Shown here: piece after piece, positions 29,345 through 40,096 of the stretch
Numbering within the stretch: the first letter of the stretch is position 1
Layout: each line of letters begins with the position of its first letter
DNA from: Chloroflexota bacterium
GTDB lineage: Bacteria > Chloroflexota > UBA11872 > VXNJ01
Length of the DNA stretch: 64,000 nucleotides
NCBI GenBank assembly: GCA_026707405.1
Contig: JAPOWW010000001.1
Span: 192,136 to 256,135 of the forward strand
Direction of reading: 5' to 3'
Position numbers and translations under genes: made by a program
The notes under the pieces: generated by a model
The model's database searches: none
What the model saw: the letters and a program-made list of their open reading frames with translations, nothing else
What the model was told of the DNA's origin: nothing

Positions 29345-31636
29345 TTAGGCGACACTCCGCCTTAGCACGTTGAGGGCTGATCCGGCCCAAATCCACTCTA
29401 TCTGTTGCTCGTTTAGCGTGTGCGCCAACTCGATGGCGTCGGTTATTCCGTCGGCGTGTCGAAGCACCGCGGTTACGGCTTTGCCCGGGGCCAGCTCGTC
29501 GATGTCCACGAGGTCGATCCGGTCGGTTTTTTCGATCTTGTCGTAGTCGTCGGGATTGACGAACGTAAACGGCAGCAGGCCCTGCTTCTTGAGGTTCGAT
29601 TCGTGGATTCGCGCGAAGCTTCGCACGATGATCACGGAGCCGCCCAGGTGCCTGGGCGACATGGCCGCGTGCTCACGGCTGCTTCCCTCGCCGTAGTTCT
29701 CGTCGCCGACGGCCACCCAGCGCAACCCGCGCTCGTTGTAGGACTTGGCTATCTCGGGAATCGACTCCTCGTCGGCCCCTGAAATCTGGTTGTAACCCGT
29801 CCCCGGCGTTTCCGAGAACGAGTTGTTAGCGCCAGTGAACATATTGTCGCTCAGATTGGTCAGATGGCCACGGAACCGCAGCCACGGTCCCGCCGGGGAT
29901 ATGGCGTCCGTGGTGCACTGTCCGGCGGCTTTGAGCAGCACGGGCATGTTTTGGAAATGCTCCGGGGATTGCTCGTGAAACGGTTGGAGAATCTCCAGTC
30001 GCTTGCTCTCTGGATCGACCTTGACTTCGACCGATGACGCGTCGCTGCTGGGAGGTTCGTATCCATAGCCTTTCCCGGTAAACCCGTCGGCCGGGACTTC
30101 AGGCGCGGGAGCGGGAGGATCGAGCCGGAACCCATCGGAGCCGGAGGATTCGATCCGGTCGACAAGCGGGTTGAACGAAAGTCGCCCGGCCAACCCGTAA
30201 GCGACGGCGATCTCCGGGCTTACGAGAAACGAATGTGTGCTGGCGTTGCCGTCGTTGCGGCGCGGGAAGTTGCGGTTGAAGGACGAGATGATCGAATTGA
30301 CCTTGACCGGCCGGCTTCCATCTGGGCCGGCCTCCCTCCTACGCCACTGGCCGATACACGGACCGCAAGCGTTTGCGAGAACCGTGGCTCCAATAGATTC
30401 GAGGACTCCGAGCTGACCATCACGCTCTATGGTCGCGCGCACTGTTTCGGAGCCGGGCGTGACCAGCAGCGGAGTAGGCGCCCGAGCGCCGCGCGCCGCG
30501 GCCTGAGCGGCGACATCGGCGGCGCGCGATACGTCTTCATACGATGAGTTCGTGCAACTGCCTATGAGCGCCGCAGAAAGCTTGTTTGGATAATCGTTGG
30601 CTTCGACCGCCGCCGCCATCTCGGATATCGGCCGCGCCAGATCCGGCCGGTGCGGACCGACGACGTGCGGCTCAAGCTCACTGAGATCGATTTCTATGAC
30701 CTCCTGATAGAACCGTGTTGGGTCGTCGTGGACCTCCTCGTCCACAGTGAGCAGGTCGAGGGCCTGGCCGGCCAAGTCCGCCAGTTCACCGCGACCGGTG
30801 GCTTGCAGATAGGTTGCCATTCGTCCGTCGTAGGGAAATACGGAGCTTGTAGCGCCAAGCTCCGCGCCCATGTTGGTTATCGTCGCCTTGCCGGTGCAGG
30901 AGAGAGATCGAGTTCCCGGACCGAAGTATTCGATAACCCGGTTCGTCCCGCCGCTGGTCGTCAAAATCCCGAGCAGCTTTAGGATCACGTCTTTGGGAGC
31001 GGTCCAGCCGCTCAGCTCACCCGTGAGTCTTACGCCCACGACGTGCGGGTTCTTCACTTCCCAGGGGAATCCGACCATCGCGTCAACCGCATCCGCTCCA
31101 CCCACGCCCACGGCCAGCATTCCGAGGCCGCCGGCGTTGGGCGTGTGCGAGTCGGTCCCGATCATCAGACCGCCGGGAAACGCGTAGTTTTCGAGCACTA
31201 CCTGGTGGATTATTCCGGCGCCCGGTCTCCAGAATCCGAGTCCGTACTTCCGAGAGACAGAGGCGAGGAACTGGAATACTTCGGCGTTCTCGGTGCGGGC
31301 GACGTGCAGGTCCGATGCGGACCCGTTATGCGCGCGAATTAGGTGGTCGCAGTGGACGGTGGTCGGCACGGCCGCCTCCTCGCGGGCGGCCAGCATGAAC
31401 TGGAGCAGCGCCATCTGCCCGGTCACATCCTGGAGCGCAACCCGGTCGGGTCGAAGCTGCAGGTAACTGTCGCCGGGCGTCAGGTCGTCTCCTGATGGAT
31501 CGTCCAGATGGCCGAAGACGATCTTTTCAGCCAGAGTCAGCGGGCGTCCCAGGCGCGTCCGCACGATCTCCAACGTCTCACGCATCCGCGCGTATATTTC
31601 CGCTACTAACTCGGGGGTCGACTCGATGGTTGGCAT
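29345..31636 (-). CDS. acnA: Aconitate hydratase (AcnA / mitochondrial-type)
   Basis: 763 aa with canonical aconitase N-terminal motifs and the downstream IGSCTNSSYEDV cluster-binding Cys region. Confidence 0.9.
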   Translation of the reverse strand: MPTIESTPELVAEIYARMRETLEIVRTRLGRPLTLAEKIVFGHLDDPSGDDLTPGDSYLQLRPDRVALQDVTGQMALLQFMLAAREEAAVPTTVHCDHLIRAHNGSASDLHVARTENAEVFQFLASVSRKYGLGFWRPGAGIIHQVVLENYAFPGGLMIGTDSHTPNAGGLGMLAVGVGGADAVDAMVGFPWEVKNPHVVGVRLTGELSGWTAPKDVILKLLGILTTSGGTNRVIEYFGPGTRSLSCTGKATITNMGAELGATSSVFPYDGRMATYLQATGRGELADLAGQALDLLTVDEEVHDDPTRFYQEVIEIDLSELEPHVVGPHRPDLARPISEMAAAVEANDYPNKLSAALIGSCTNSSYEDVSRAADVAAQAAARGARAPTPLLVTPGSETVRATIERDGQLGVLESIGATVLANACGPCIGQWRRREAGPDGSRPVKVNSIISSFNRNFPRRNDGNASTHSFLVSPEIAVAYGLAGRLSFNPLVDRIESSGSDGFRLDPPAPAPEVPADGFTGKGYGYEPPSSDASSVEVKVDPESKRLEILQPFHEQSPEHFQNMPVLLKAAGQCTTDAISPAGPWLRFRGHLTNLSDNMFTGANNSFSETPGTGYNQISGADEESIPEIAKSYNERGLRWVAVGDENYGEGSSREHAAMSPRHLGGSVIIVRSFARIHESNLKKQGLLPFTFVNPDDYDKIEKTDRIDLVDIDELAPGKAVTAVLRHADGITDAIELAHTLNEQQIEWIWAGSALNVLRRSVA

Positions 31637-31885
31637 TACATCTACCTCTTCACCAATTGTGTGCGGTCCACAGAGTAAGCGTTTTCATCGGCGCACGGCG
31701 GCGCCAGTCTCTCAGTCTATCGCCTGCACGATGCGACCTCCGGACCCGATAGCCGTACCTTTTGCGATTCACATTTCACCTAATTGTGTCCAATCCGACG
31801 CGGTCTGCGGCTCACGCCAACACGGCATGGATAGCGCGGGTATCATTTAGCCCGGCATCGTCCTAACTCACTACAAACGGACCAC

Positions 31886-32971
31886 ATGACATATAACGTC
31901 ACACTAATTCCCGGCGATGGAACAGGCCCGGAGATCGCCGAAGCTATGCGTCGAGTCCTCGACGCGACCGGCGTCGAATTCAACTGGCATATCCAGAACG
32001 CCGGAGCCGAAGTCGCGGAGAAAACCGGAGAGCCGCTGCCGGAGTCGGTACTAGATTCGATTCGAGAGAACAAGCTTGCCATCAAAGGACCACTAACAAC
32101 TCCCGTGGGAACAGGCTTTCGCAGCGTGACCGTGGCCATGCGCAAAGAGCTGGATCTCTACGCATGCCTGCGTCCCTGCAAGATGTACAAGGGGGTCCGC
32201 TCGTTCTATGACGAGATCGATCTTGTGATCGTTCGTGAGAACACCGAAGACCTCTATGCGGGAATCGAGTTCGAGAGAGGGTCCGAGGCCGCGTCGGACT
32301 TGATAAGACACCTGGGCAGCCTGAACGGGTCGGCCATTCCGTCGGACTCGGGCATCAGCATCAAACCGATATCCGTGGATGCGACCGACCGCATCGTCCG
32401 TTTCGCCTTCGACTACGCAATCGCGAACGGCCGTAAAAAGGTAACGGCCGTTCACAAGGCCAACATCATGAAATTCTCGGACGGGTTGTTTCTCGAAGTG
32501 GCCCGCGACGTTGCGCGGGACTATCCCGAAGTTGAATTCGAGGACCGGATCGTGGACAACATGTGCATGCAGCTTGTCCAGAAGCCGGAACTCTACGACG
32601 TGATGGTCTTGCCGAACCTGTACGGCGACATCGTTTCGGATCTGTGCGCGGGGTTGATTGGGGGACTCGGCGTCGCTCCCGGAGCGAATATCGGAGACGA
32701 TTTCGCAGTATTCGAGGCCACGCACGGAAGCGCGCCCCGCTATACCGGTATGAACAAGGTCAACCCGCTCGCCATGATCCTGTCGGGTCTAATGATGCTG
32801 CGCCACATTGGCGAGACCGCCGCCGCCGACAGGCTCGATAGCGCCATCGCGCGGTTGATCGAGGCCGGGGATTCCGTGACGTACGACATGAAGCCCAACC
32901 GCGACGACCCGACCGCGGTGGGTACGTCCGACGTTGCGGACGCTTTGATCAGGCTCATGCACGACGCTTGA
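31886..32971 (+). CDS. icd: NAD-dependent isocitrate dehydrogenase (IDH3-like, beta-decarboxylating dehydrogenase family)
   Basis: [12 protein letters not shown]...[10 protein letters not shown]...DLYACLRPC aligns closely with eukaryotic IDH3 alpha. The metal site [17 protein letters not shown] is present. Confidence 0.8.
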   Translation: MTYNVTLIPGDGTGPEIAEAMRRVLDATGVEFNWHIQNAGAEVAEKTGEPLPESVLDSIRENKLAIKGPLTTPVGTGFRSVTVAMRKELDLYACLRPCKMYKGVRSFYDEIDLVIVRENTEDLYAGIEFERGSEAASDLIRHLGSLNGSAIPSDSGISIKPISVDATDRIVRFAFDYAIANGRKKVTAVHKANIMKFSDGLFLEVARDVARDYPEVEFEDRIVDNMCMQLVQKPELYDVMVLPNLYGDIVSDLCAGLIGGLGVAPGANIGDDFAVFEATHGSAPRYTGMNKVNPLAMILSGLMMLRHIGETAAADRLDSAIARLIEAGDSVTYDMKPNRDDPTAVGTSDVADALIRLMHDA

Positions 32972-34101
32972 AGCTCCACGAATACCAGGCGAGAGCGCTG
33001 TTTGCAGGGGCCGGCATCCCCGTACCGGCGAGCAATGTAGCCTTCTCGGCCAGTGAGGCGCGAGGCGTTGCGGAGGAGATAGGCAATCCGGTCGTCGTCA
33101 AAGCGCAGGTCCTGGTCGGCGGACGGGGCAAGGCGGGCGGAGTGAAACTGGCCCAGACTCCCGCCGCCGCGCAGGAAGCGGCGGAGAAGATCCTCGGGCT
33201 CACAATCGGAGGCTATCCGGTGGAGAAAGTGCTGGTCGCCGAGGCTTCGGATATAGAGCGGGAAATCTATCTAGGCGCGATCGTAGACCGCGATGCGAAA
33301 CGCATCCTGCTAATGGTCAGCGGCGAGGGTGGAGTCGAGATCGAACAGGTCGCGCGAAATAATCCGTCCGCGATTCACAGGGAATTCGTTCAACCATCCA
33401 GCGCGCTGGATGCTCACCAGGGACGCCGTCTGGGGTTCATGCTTGGTCTCGACTGGAGGCAGGTCCGTCAGTTCGAGTCGATAGCCCGCTCGCTGGTAAA
33501 GCTTGCGGTGCGGATCGATGCTTCACTGGCGGAGATCAATCCATTGATCGTCACGCCGGAAGGCGACCTCCGGGCCATCGATGCCAAGGTAAACATCGAC
33601 GACAACGCGCTCTTCCGGCGGCCGGAACTAGCAAAGCTCCGGAATTCCGAAGAGGAGACGGGGCCTGAGCGTCGGGCGCGAGAATCGGGCATCAGCTACG
33701 TCAAGCTCGACGGCGATATCGGCTGCATGGTCAATGGGGCGGGGCTGGCGATGGCGCTGCTGGACGTGATAAAGCTCCAAGGAGGCGAGCCTGCCAACTT
33801 CCTCGACGTCGGGGGTGGAGCCGACGCCGCGCAGGTGCGTACGGCCATGGAGATCATCCTCGCCGACCCAGCGGTGAATCTGGTACTGGTGAACATCTTT
33901 GGCGGGATTACCCGATGCGACGAAGTCGCGCGCGGCGTCGTGGCGGCGACTAGCGGTCTGGACCGCGACGTTCCGCTGGTGGTTCGGTTGGTCGGAACCA
34001 ATGAAGAAGAGGGGCTGGCAGTCCTCCGCAGCGCTGGAATCTCAGCGTATACCGGCATGGTTGACGCCGTAAACGAAGCGGTTGGTCGGGCGGCCGCTTG
34101 A
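32968..34101 (+). CDS. sucC: Succinyl-CoA synthetase beta subunit
   Basis: [13 protein letters not shown] and the ATP-grasp domain are present, followed by the CoA-ligase domain. The gene overlaps icd by 4 bp. Confidence 0.9.
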   Translation: MKLHEYQARALFAGAGIPVPASNVAFSASEARGVAEEIGNPVVVKAQVLVGGRGKAGGVKLAQTPAAAQEAAEKILGLTIGGYPVEKVLVAEASDIEREIYLGAIVDRDAKRILLMVSGEGGVEIEQVARNNPSAIHREFVQPSSALDAHQGRRLGFMLGLDWRQVRQFESIARSLVKLAVRIDASLAEINPLIVTPEGDLRAIDAKVNIDDNALFRRPELAKLRNSEEETGPERRARESGISYVKLDGDIGCMVNGAGLAMALLDVIKLQGGEPANFLDVGGGADAAQVRTAMEIILADPAVNLVLVNIFGGITRCDEVARGVVAATSGLDRDVPLVVRLVGTNEEEGLAVLRSAGISAYTGMVDAVNEAVGRAAA

Positions 34102-34970
34102 GCATTCTCGTCGACGCCGACACACGAGTGCTCGTGCAGGGCATTACGGGCAATCAGGGTTCGTTTCATACTCGGCTCATGCTGGACTACGGCGCCAACG
34201 TCGTGGCGGGCGTGGTGCCAGGACGGGGCGGGCAGTCGGTCCACGACGTGCCGGTGTTCGATACGGTTGAGGAAGCCGTCGACCGCACCCAGCCGAACTG
34301 CGGAATTATCTTCGTACCCGCGTTCGCCGCGCCCGATGCGATTTTGGAACAGGCTGCGGGAGGGGTTCCCCTTATCGTCTGTATCACCGAGGGCATTCCG
34401 GTGATCGACATGATTCCGGTCTATCACCGGGTGAGGGCGGCGAAATCGCGTTTAATCGGACCGAATTGCCCTGGCGTGATATCACCCGCGCACAAGGTCA
34501 AAGTCGGAATTCTGCCCGGACAGATTCACCTGCCGGGGCCGGTGGGGGTTGTCAGCCGCAGCGGGACGCTAACTTACGAGGTCGTTCAGTCTCTTTCGGC
34601 CTTGAGACTGGGACAGAGCACGTGCGTGGGCATAGGCGGTGACCCGATTATCGGCACGTCCTTTATAGAAGTCGTGGACATGTTTGAGCGCGATCCGTCA
34701 ACCGAAGCGATTGTCGTAATCGGCGAAATCGGTGGAACGGATGAAGAGCAGTGCGCCGAATTCATCGCCGACAACGTGAGCAAACCCGTCTTCGCATTCA
34801 TCGCCGGACGCACCGCGCCGCCGGAGAAACGCATGGGGCATGCGGGAGCTATCGTTTCGGGGGGATCAGGAACGGCGGTGGAAAAAATCAAAGCGTTTGA
34901 GAGCGCGGGCGTGCGAGTTGCGACTATACCGGACGAAATCGCCGCTGCCGCTCGGTCTGCGCTCTCTTGA
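34098..34970 (+). CDS. sucD: Succinyl-CoA synthetase alpha subunit
   Basis: [14 protein letters not shown] and the phosphohistidine loop MGHAGAIV are present. The gene overlaps sucC by 4 bp. Confidence 0.9.
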   Translation: MSILVDADTRVLVQGITGNQGSFHTRLMLDYGANVVAGVVPGRGGQSVHDVPVFDTVEEAVDRTQPNCGIIFVPAFAAPDAILEQAAGGVPLIVCITEGIPVIDMIPVYHRVRAAKSRLIGPNCPGVISPAHKVKVGILPGQIHLPGPVGVVSRSGTLTYEVVQSLSALRLGQSTCVGIGGDPIIGTSFIEVVDMFERDPSTEAIVVIGEIGGTDEEQCAEFIADNVSKPVFAFIAGRTAPPEKRMGHAGAIVSGGSGTAVEKIKAFESAGVRVATIPDEIAAAARSALS

Positions 34971-35104
34971 TGTTTCGCGATTGCGGCGCTGAGACTGGCG
35001 GCATTTGGCAAAATCGACCAAAATCACCGGTGTCATCTTTCTGGGCTCATTAGTGGAGCATTTTTCAGCATGACGATCTGGCTGACGAAAGGCGCGCGGC
35101 GCTG

Positions 35105-36790
35105 ATGCTCGAATTTGACGTAATAGTTGTCGGCGGCGGTGTTGCGGGTATGCGCGCGGCTCTCGCCGCTTCGGCATCCGCCGAGGTCGCGTTGATATCG
35201 AAAGACCATCCTGTCCGATCAGGTTCGACGTCTTCGGGAGGCGGCATCAACGCGCCGCTCGATCCTTCGGACGATCCGGAAACTTACGCGACCGATACCG
35301 TTCGGGCGGGAGACTTTCTTTCCGAGAGGGATGCAATCGAGACGCTTTGCGCGGACGCCGCAAGCGCCGTTATCGAGATGGAAAACAGCGGCGTCGCGTT
35401 CGATCGCGATCCGACCGGCCGCCTTGCGCTTCGCAGGTTTGGTGGTGCGAGCCGGTCCCGCGCGGCCCATGGAGCCGACTGGACAGGTATTCTCCTGGCT
35501 CAAACTCTGTGGGCAGAACTTGTCAAAGCGGGCGTCACCGTTCTGGACGAATGGTACGTAACACGCTTGGTGGTGCGCGACGAGGAAGTCCTGGGCGTGG
35601 TCGCAACGGACTTGCGATCAGGCGAGCTGCACGCGGTCGGGGCTCGGGCGGTCACACTAGCCACGGGAGGCGCGGCGGGGCTTTACGAGATCAACACAAG
35701 CCCGGTTACCAACACCGCTGACGGCCTCGCGCTGGCGTACCGCGAGGGACTTCCCCTGCGCGACATGGAGTTCGTTCAATTCAATCCGACGGGCCTTCAC
35801 GCCGCCGGGAACGCGCTTGCCCGCGGGATATCGATAACCGAGGCGGCACGGTCGCACGGATCGCTGTTGCGCAATTCGGATGGCGAGCGTTTCATGGAGC
35901 GCTACGCTTCCGAAAGCCTGGAGCTAGCGCCCCGCGACATCGTTTCCCGCGCGGTGCAGACGGAAATCAATGCGGGCCGTGGCGTAAACGGCGGATGCGT
36001 GAGTCTCGACGCGAGCGGCAACGGGGATATGGCCTCCTCGCTGCCGAATTTCCAGCGCCTCTGCGGGGACCTGCTCGGTCTCGACCCTGCCGAGAGCCCC
36101 GTTCCCGTCGTTCCTTCCGCACACTCCAGCGCAGGCGGGATACCCACCGACCTTGAGGGCGCTACGGCTGTAGGCGGGCTATATGCGGTTGGCGAATGTG
36201 CAAGCACTGGAGTCCATGGAGCCGGTCCGCTGGCTGGAAACGGACTGGCCGAGGCGCTTGTCTTTGGCCGCCTGGCCGGCAACGCAGCCGCCAACCGGGC
36301 ATCGGGAGGAGTTCTCCACTACGCTGACTTGAGCGCCACGCGCGACGACGAGGCCGATCGGGTCGGCCGGTTGGTGGCGCATCCGGGCACGGAGAGAGTG
36401 TCGACGCTGACGGGTGAAATGCGTTCGGTCATGTCATCCCACGTCGGAGTCTTCCGCGATAGTGAAGGGCTGGCAAGCGCTCGAACCGCTCTCGACTCAA
36501 TCTCCGACAGACTCGCCGACATCGGCGTGAGCAACAAGTCCAAGCGGTTCAACCTGGAAGTGAGGGCGGCGCTCGAGCTGATAAACATGGTGGAAGTTGC
36601 GGGAGTCGTGCTGGACGGCGCAAGCAACCGCACGGAATCGCGCGGCAGCCACTTCAGGCGAGACTATGCCGACCGAGACGATGAGAACTGGCGACTCCAC
36701 ACGCTCGCCTATCGAAATTGCGAGGGGACCCGAATCGAAACCGGTAAGCTTGCGGCAAAGACCGACGATCCCGACGCGAGGGCTTATTGA
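35105..36790 (+). CDS. sdhA: Succinate dehydrogenase/fumarate reductase flavoprotein-like subunit, non-canonical (covalent-FAD histidine replaced by Gly)
   Basis: The FAD-binding N-terminus is present. The C-terminus RGSHFRRDYADRDDENWRLHT matches SdhA. At the position of E. coli RSHTVAAQGG the sequence is RSGSTSSGGGINA, so the His is replaced by Gly. Confidence 0.8.
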   Translation: MLEFDVIVVGGGVAGMRAALAASASAEVALISKDHPVRSGSTSSGGGINAPLDPSDDPETYATDTVRAGDFLSERDAIETLCADAASAVIEMENSGVAFDRDPTGRLALRRFGGASRSRAAHGADWTGILLAQTLWAELVKAGVTVLDEWYVTRLVVRDEEVLGVVATDLRSGELHAVGARAVTLATGGAAGLYEINTSPVTNTADGLALAYREGLPLRDMEFVQFNPTGLHAAGNALARGISITEAARSHGSLLRNSDGERFMERYASESLELAPRDIVSRAVQTEINAGRGVNGGCVSLDASGNGDMASSLPNFQRLCGDLLGLDPAESPVPVVPSAHSSAGGIPTDLEGATAVGGLYAVGECASTGVHGAGPLAGNGLAEALVFGRLAGNAAANRASGGVLHYADLSATRDDEADRVGRLVAHPGTERVSTLTGEMRSVMSSHVGVFRDSEGLASARTALDSISDRLADIGVSNKSKRFNLEVRAALELINMVEVAGVVLDGASNRTESRGSHFRRDYADRDDENWRLHTLAYRNCEGTRIETGKLAAKTDDPDARAY

Positions 36791-37548
36791 TGACGGAACA
36801 ACGACTCGGACTGCGGATCATCAGGTACGATCCCGAAACGTACGACAGCTCTGAAACGCGTGAATATGAAGTTCCCACGAGAGATTCCCTGACCCTTCTC
36901 GACGCCCTGGTATCGATACACGAGGAACAGGACTCGTCCCTGGCGATTCGTTACTCCTGCCGGGGCGGGTTCTGCGGAGCCTGCGGGGTACAGGTCAACG
37001 GCCTGCCCGTGCTCGCGTGTCGAACACGCGTATCGTCCCTCGATTGCAACGGGTCCCCCGTCGAGATAGCTCCCTTGCAAAACCATCCGGTTATCCGGGA
37101 CCTCGTCGCCGACTTCGATCCCACCTTCCTGACGCTCGGGGCGGGGGAGCCCTGGATTCAATCCGATGAAGGATCGCCGGGGAGCGGCATGGACTCGGAC
37201 ATGACGCAGGAGGAGGTTGACCGTCTGGGACGGTCCCAGGCGTGCATTTCCTGCGGCCTTTGCGATGCGGCCGTGCCCCACGCACATGTGTCGGCAGGCT
37301 TCGTCGGCCCCGCAGCGCTCGTTCGGGAGTTCCGGTTGGCGGCTGACGTGCGCGACGGCTCCGACCGCGACCGCCTCGAACGGGTCAACACGAGCGGCGG
37401 AATTTGGGACTGCGATCCCGACAATTCATGGGACGACGCGTGCCCCGTTGGAATAGACCCGGCAAACAAGATCGAGCTGCTTCGCGAAGCTTCGATTGCA
37501 AACAAGATCGGCGGTCGCAAACGGGTCGAGTCCGAAACGGCCGCGTAG
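36787..37548 (+). CDS. sdhB: Succinate dehydrogenase/fumarate reductase iron-sulfur subunit-like protein, with degenerate [3Fe-4S] ligands
   Basis: The [2Fe-2S] motif CRGGFCGACG...C is intact. The second motif is CISCGLCDAAVP (CxxCxxCxxxVP, with the fourth Cys replaced by Val). The third motif is CDPDNSWDDACP (the middle Cys replaced by Trp). The start overlaps the sdhA stop (ATGA). Confidence 0.8.
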   Translation: MMTEQRLGLRIIRYDPETYDSSETREYEVPTRDSLTLLDALVSIHEEQDSSLAIRYSCRGGFCGACGVQVNGLPVLACRTRVSSLDCNGSPVEIAPLQNHPVIRDLVADFDPTFLTLGAGEPWIQSDEGSPGSGMDSDMTQEEVDRLGRSQACISCGLCDAAVPHAHVSAGFVGPAALVREFRLAADVRDGSDRDRLERVNTSGGIWDCDPDNSWDDACPVGIDPANKIELLREASIANKIGGRKRVESETAA

Positions 37549-37613
37549 ACCAATGCAAATGAGCGCGGACAGGCGTGTTGGCCCCGGTATTGGAAGATTG
37601 ATGCGGAGGAAGT

Positions 37614-38543
37614 TTGGCACGCACTAAGGTAACCGTCGCCGGCGCGGGGCAGACCGGGGGATCTATCGCCCGTCGGGTAGCCGAGAGAGGTTATGCCGAC
37701 GTCGTGATGATCGACGTGGTCGAGGGGTTTGCCGCTGGCAAGGCGCTCGACCTCAATCAGACCGGCCCGCTGATGGGGTATCCACCGAACCTGATCGGCT
37801 CGACGGGCTATGACGAGTCCGAGGACTCCGACATCTGCGTGATTACGTCGGGGTTTCCGCGGCAGCCCGGAATGTCGCGCGACGACCTCCTGCTGAAGAA
37901 CAAAGAGATCGTCGAGGACGTAGCGGGCAAACTGGCAGAGAAGTCTCCCGACTGTAAGTTCATCGTACTGACCAACCCGGTCGACGCCATGGCCCAGCTC
38001 GTCCATTCCGTCACGTCGTTTTCCAAGGAGCGCGTGATAGGACAGGGCGGCATTCTGGATTCGGCGCGATATCGGACGTTCATCGCCTGGGAACTGAGCG
38101 TGTCGCCTCAAGACGTGTCGGGATTCGTTCTCGGAGGGCATGGGGACGCGATGGTGCCGGTGCCTCGTTACACGTCCGTGGCGGGCGTCCCTGTCGGCGA
38201 GCTGCTGCCCCAGGACCGTTTGGATGCCATTATCCAGCGGACGCGGGACGGGGGAGCCGAGATAGTAAAGCTCCTGCAACGCGGCAGCGCTTACGAGGCT
38301 CCGGGCGAGGCCGTGATGCTGATGATCGATGCGATTGTCTTGGACCAGAAACGGCTATTCCCATGCTCGGTCCTGCTCGAAGGCGAATATGGGATAAGCG
38401 GCACGTTCGTGGGAGTGCTGGTGAAGCTGGGGGCGCAAGGCTACGAGGGGCTGATCGACGTTTCCTTGACTGAGGAAGAGCTTGCTGCTTTACATAAATC
38501 TGCGGACGGCGTGCGCGAACTCGTGGAGATAATGGGCGTCTGA
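37614..38543 (+). CDS. mdh: Malate dehydrogenase (LDH-like, NAD-dependent)
   Basis: KVTVAGAGQTGG is the Rossmann motif. The catalytic LGGHGD and the substrate Arg are present. Length is 309 aa. Confidence 0.85.
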   Translation: MARTKVTVAGAGQTGGSIARRVAERGYADVVMIDVVEGFAAGKALDLNQTGPLMGYPPNLIGSTGYDESEDSDICVITSGFPRQPGMSRDDLLLKNKEIVEDVAGKLAEKSPDCKFIVLTNPVDAMAQLVHSVTSFSKERVIGQGGILDSARYRTFIAWELSVSPQDVSGFVLGGHGDAMVPVPRYTSVAGVPVGELLPQDRLDAIIQRTRDGGAEIVKLLQRGSAYEAPGEAVMLMIDAIVLDQKRLFPCSVLLEGEYGISGTFVGVLVKLGAQGYEGLIDVSLTEEELAALHKSADGVRELVEIMGV

Positions 38544-38635
38544 CCGCGACTCCCGACAGATAAAATCGAACGGTCCCTTGATTACCGGTCGCGGCTCGGT
38601 TGGTTACGATCCCGCAATGCAAAGGATACGAATTG

Positions 38636-40048
38636 ATGGCAACACGCACTGAGCGCGATCCGCTCGGCGAAGTCGAGGTCCCGTCCGAAGCGCTTTACGG
38701 CGTTCAGACTCAGCGGGCGGTCGATAATTTCCCAATCTGCGCAATAGGTCCGCATCCGGCGTTCGTCTGGGCGACGGTGCTCATCAAGAAGGCGGCGGCC
38801 GTTACGCATCGTGAGACGGGGCGCCTGGACCCGAAGCTTGCCGACGCGATTATCCAGGCGGCGGACGAAGTGCTGGACGGGCTGCACGGCGATCAGTTCG
38901 TGGTGGACGTTTTCCAGGCCGGAGCCGGCACGTCGCACAACATGAACGCGAACGAATTGCTCGCCAATCGCGCAAATGAGCTGTTGGGCGGTTCGCGCGG
39001 CGACTACGATCCCGTGCATCCCAACGACCACGTAAACATGGCGCAGTCGACCAACGACATCATCCCGACCGCCATCGCGCTAGCCGCGCTGCATCTCTTG
39101 CAGCCGCTGTACGAGGCGCTTGACGAACTAGCCGATTCGCTGGAGCAGAAGGCGCAGGATTGGGACGGGATCGTCAAGTCGGGCCGCACGCACGTGCAGG
39201 ACGCCACCCCAGTCCGCCTCGGGCAGGAGTTCGGGGCCTATGCAGTCGCCGTGCGACGCGGCCGCGAGCGAATCGCGGCGGCGGAAGTAGATGTCCAGGA
39301 GCTGAGCGTCGGCGGGACCGCCGTGGGAAGCGGTCTCAACGCGGAGCCTCGGTATCAAGAGCGGGTGGTCGAGGTGCTGGGCGAGCTGAGCGGATTGACC
39401 GTACGGCGGTCGGAGAATCTGTTCTACTCGATGCAGAGCATGTCGCGGTTCGCGATGCTATCGGCGGCGCTCAAGGCGCTGGCGGTCGACCTGGGCAAGC
39501 TGGCCAACGACATCCGCCTGCTGGGATCGGGACCACGCACGGGGATATCCGAGCTCAGGCTGCCGGCGGTCCAGCCGGGATCGTCGATCATGCCGGGCAA
39601 GGTCAACCCGGTGATGGCCGAGTGCCTGAACATGATTTGCTTTCAGGTGTTCGGAAACGACCTCGCCATCACGATGGCGGCGGAGGCCGGGCAGCTTCAG
39701 TTGAACGTGATGATGCCGGTGATAGCCCACAACCTCTCGCAATCGATCGACATCCTGGCGAACGGCTGCAAGCAGTTCGACGAGCTTGGCGTGCGCGGTC
39801 TGGAGCCGGACAGAGCGATGATCCGACACTGGCTGGAGCGCAATACGATGTTGGCGACCGCTCTAGCTCCAAGGATCGGCTATGCGGCGGCAGCTGAAAT
39901 CGCCAAGGAAGCGGTACGGACAGGTGAGAGCATCCCGGATGTCGCTGGACGCATGACCGATCTGTCAGAGGACGAATTGGCTCAGGCGCTGGATCCCGCG
40001 CCGATGACCGAGGCCGGCATTCGCGCCGGTGGTGGAGGCGGCGGCTAG
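38636..40048 (+). CDS. fumC: Class II fumarate hydratase (FumC)
   Basis: The GSSIMPGKVNP signature is present. An SD sequence AAGGA lies 11 nt upstream of the ATG at 38636. The C-terminus carries an unusual Gly-rich tail (GGGGGG). Confidence 0.85.
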   Translation: MATRTERDPLGEVEVPSEALYGVQTQRAVDNFPICAIGPHPAFVWATVLIKKAAAVTHRETGRLDPKLADAIIQAADEVLDGLHGDQFVVDVFQAGAGTSHNMNANELLANRANELLGGSRGDYDPVHPNDHVNMAQSTNDIIPTAIALAALHLLQPLYEALDELADSLEQKAQDWDGIVKSGRTHVQDATPVRLGQEFGAYAVAVRRGRERIAAAEVDVQELSVGGTAVGSGLNAEPRYQERVVEVLGELSGLTVRRSENLFYSMQSMSRFAMLSAALKALAVDLGKLANDIRLLGSGPRTGISELRLPAVQPGSSIMPGKVNPVMAECLNMICFQVFGNDLAITMAAEAGQLQLNVMMPVIAHNLSQSIDILANGCKQFDELGVRGLEPDRAMIRHWLERNTMLATALAPRIGYAAAAEIAKEAVRTGESIPDVAGRMTDLSEDELAQALDPAPMTEAGIRAGGGGGG

Positions 40049-40096
40049 GCTTCCTCGCGCCGCATTGCTCCCGGGCGACGCTGATGTGAGAAATCG

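Noticed and set aside
40030-40048. Glycine-rich tail of FumC (AGIRAGGGGGG) as a possible fusion remnant or frameshift
   Set aside because: The reading frame is continuous to a clean stop and the core fumarase is complete. It was kept only as a minor note under the TCA cluster finding.
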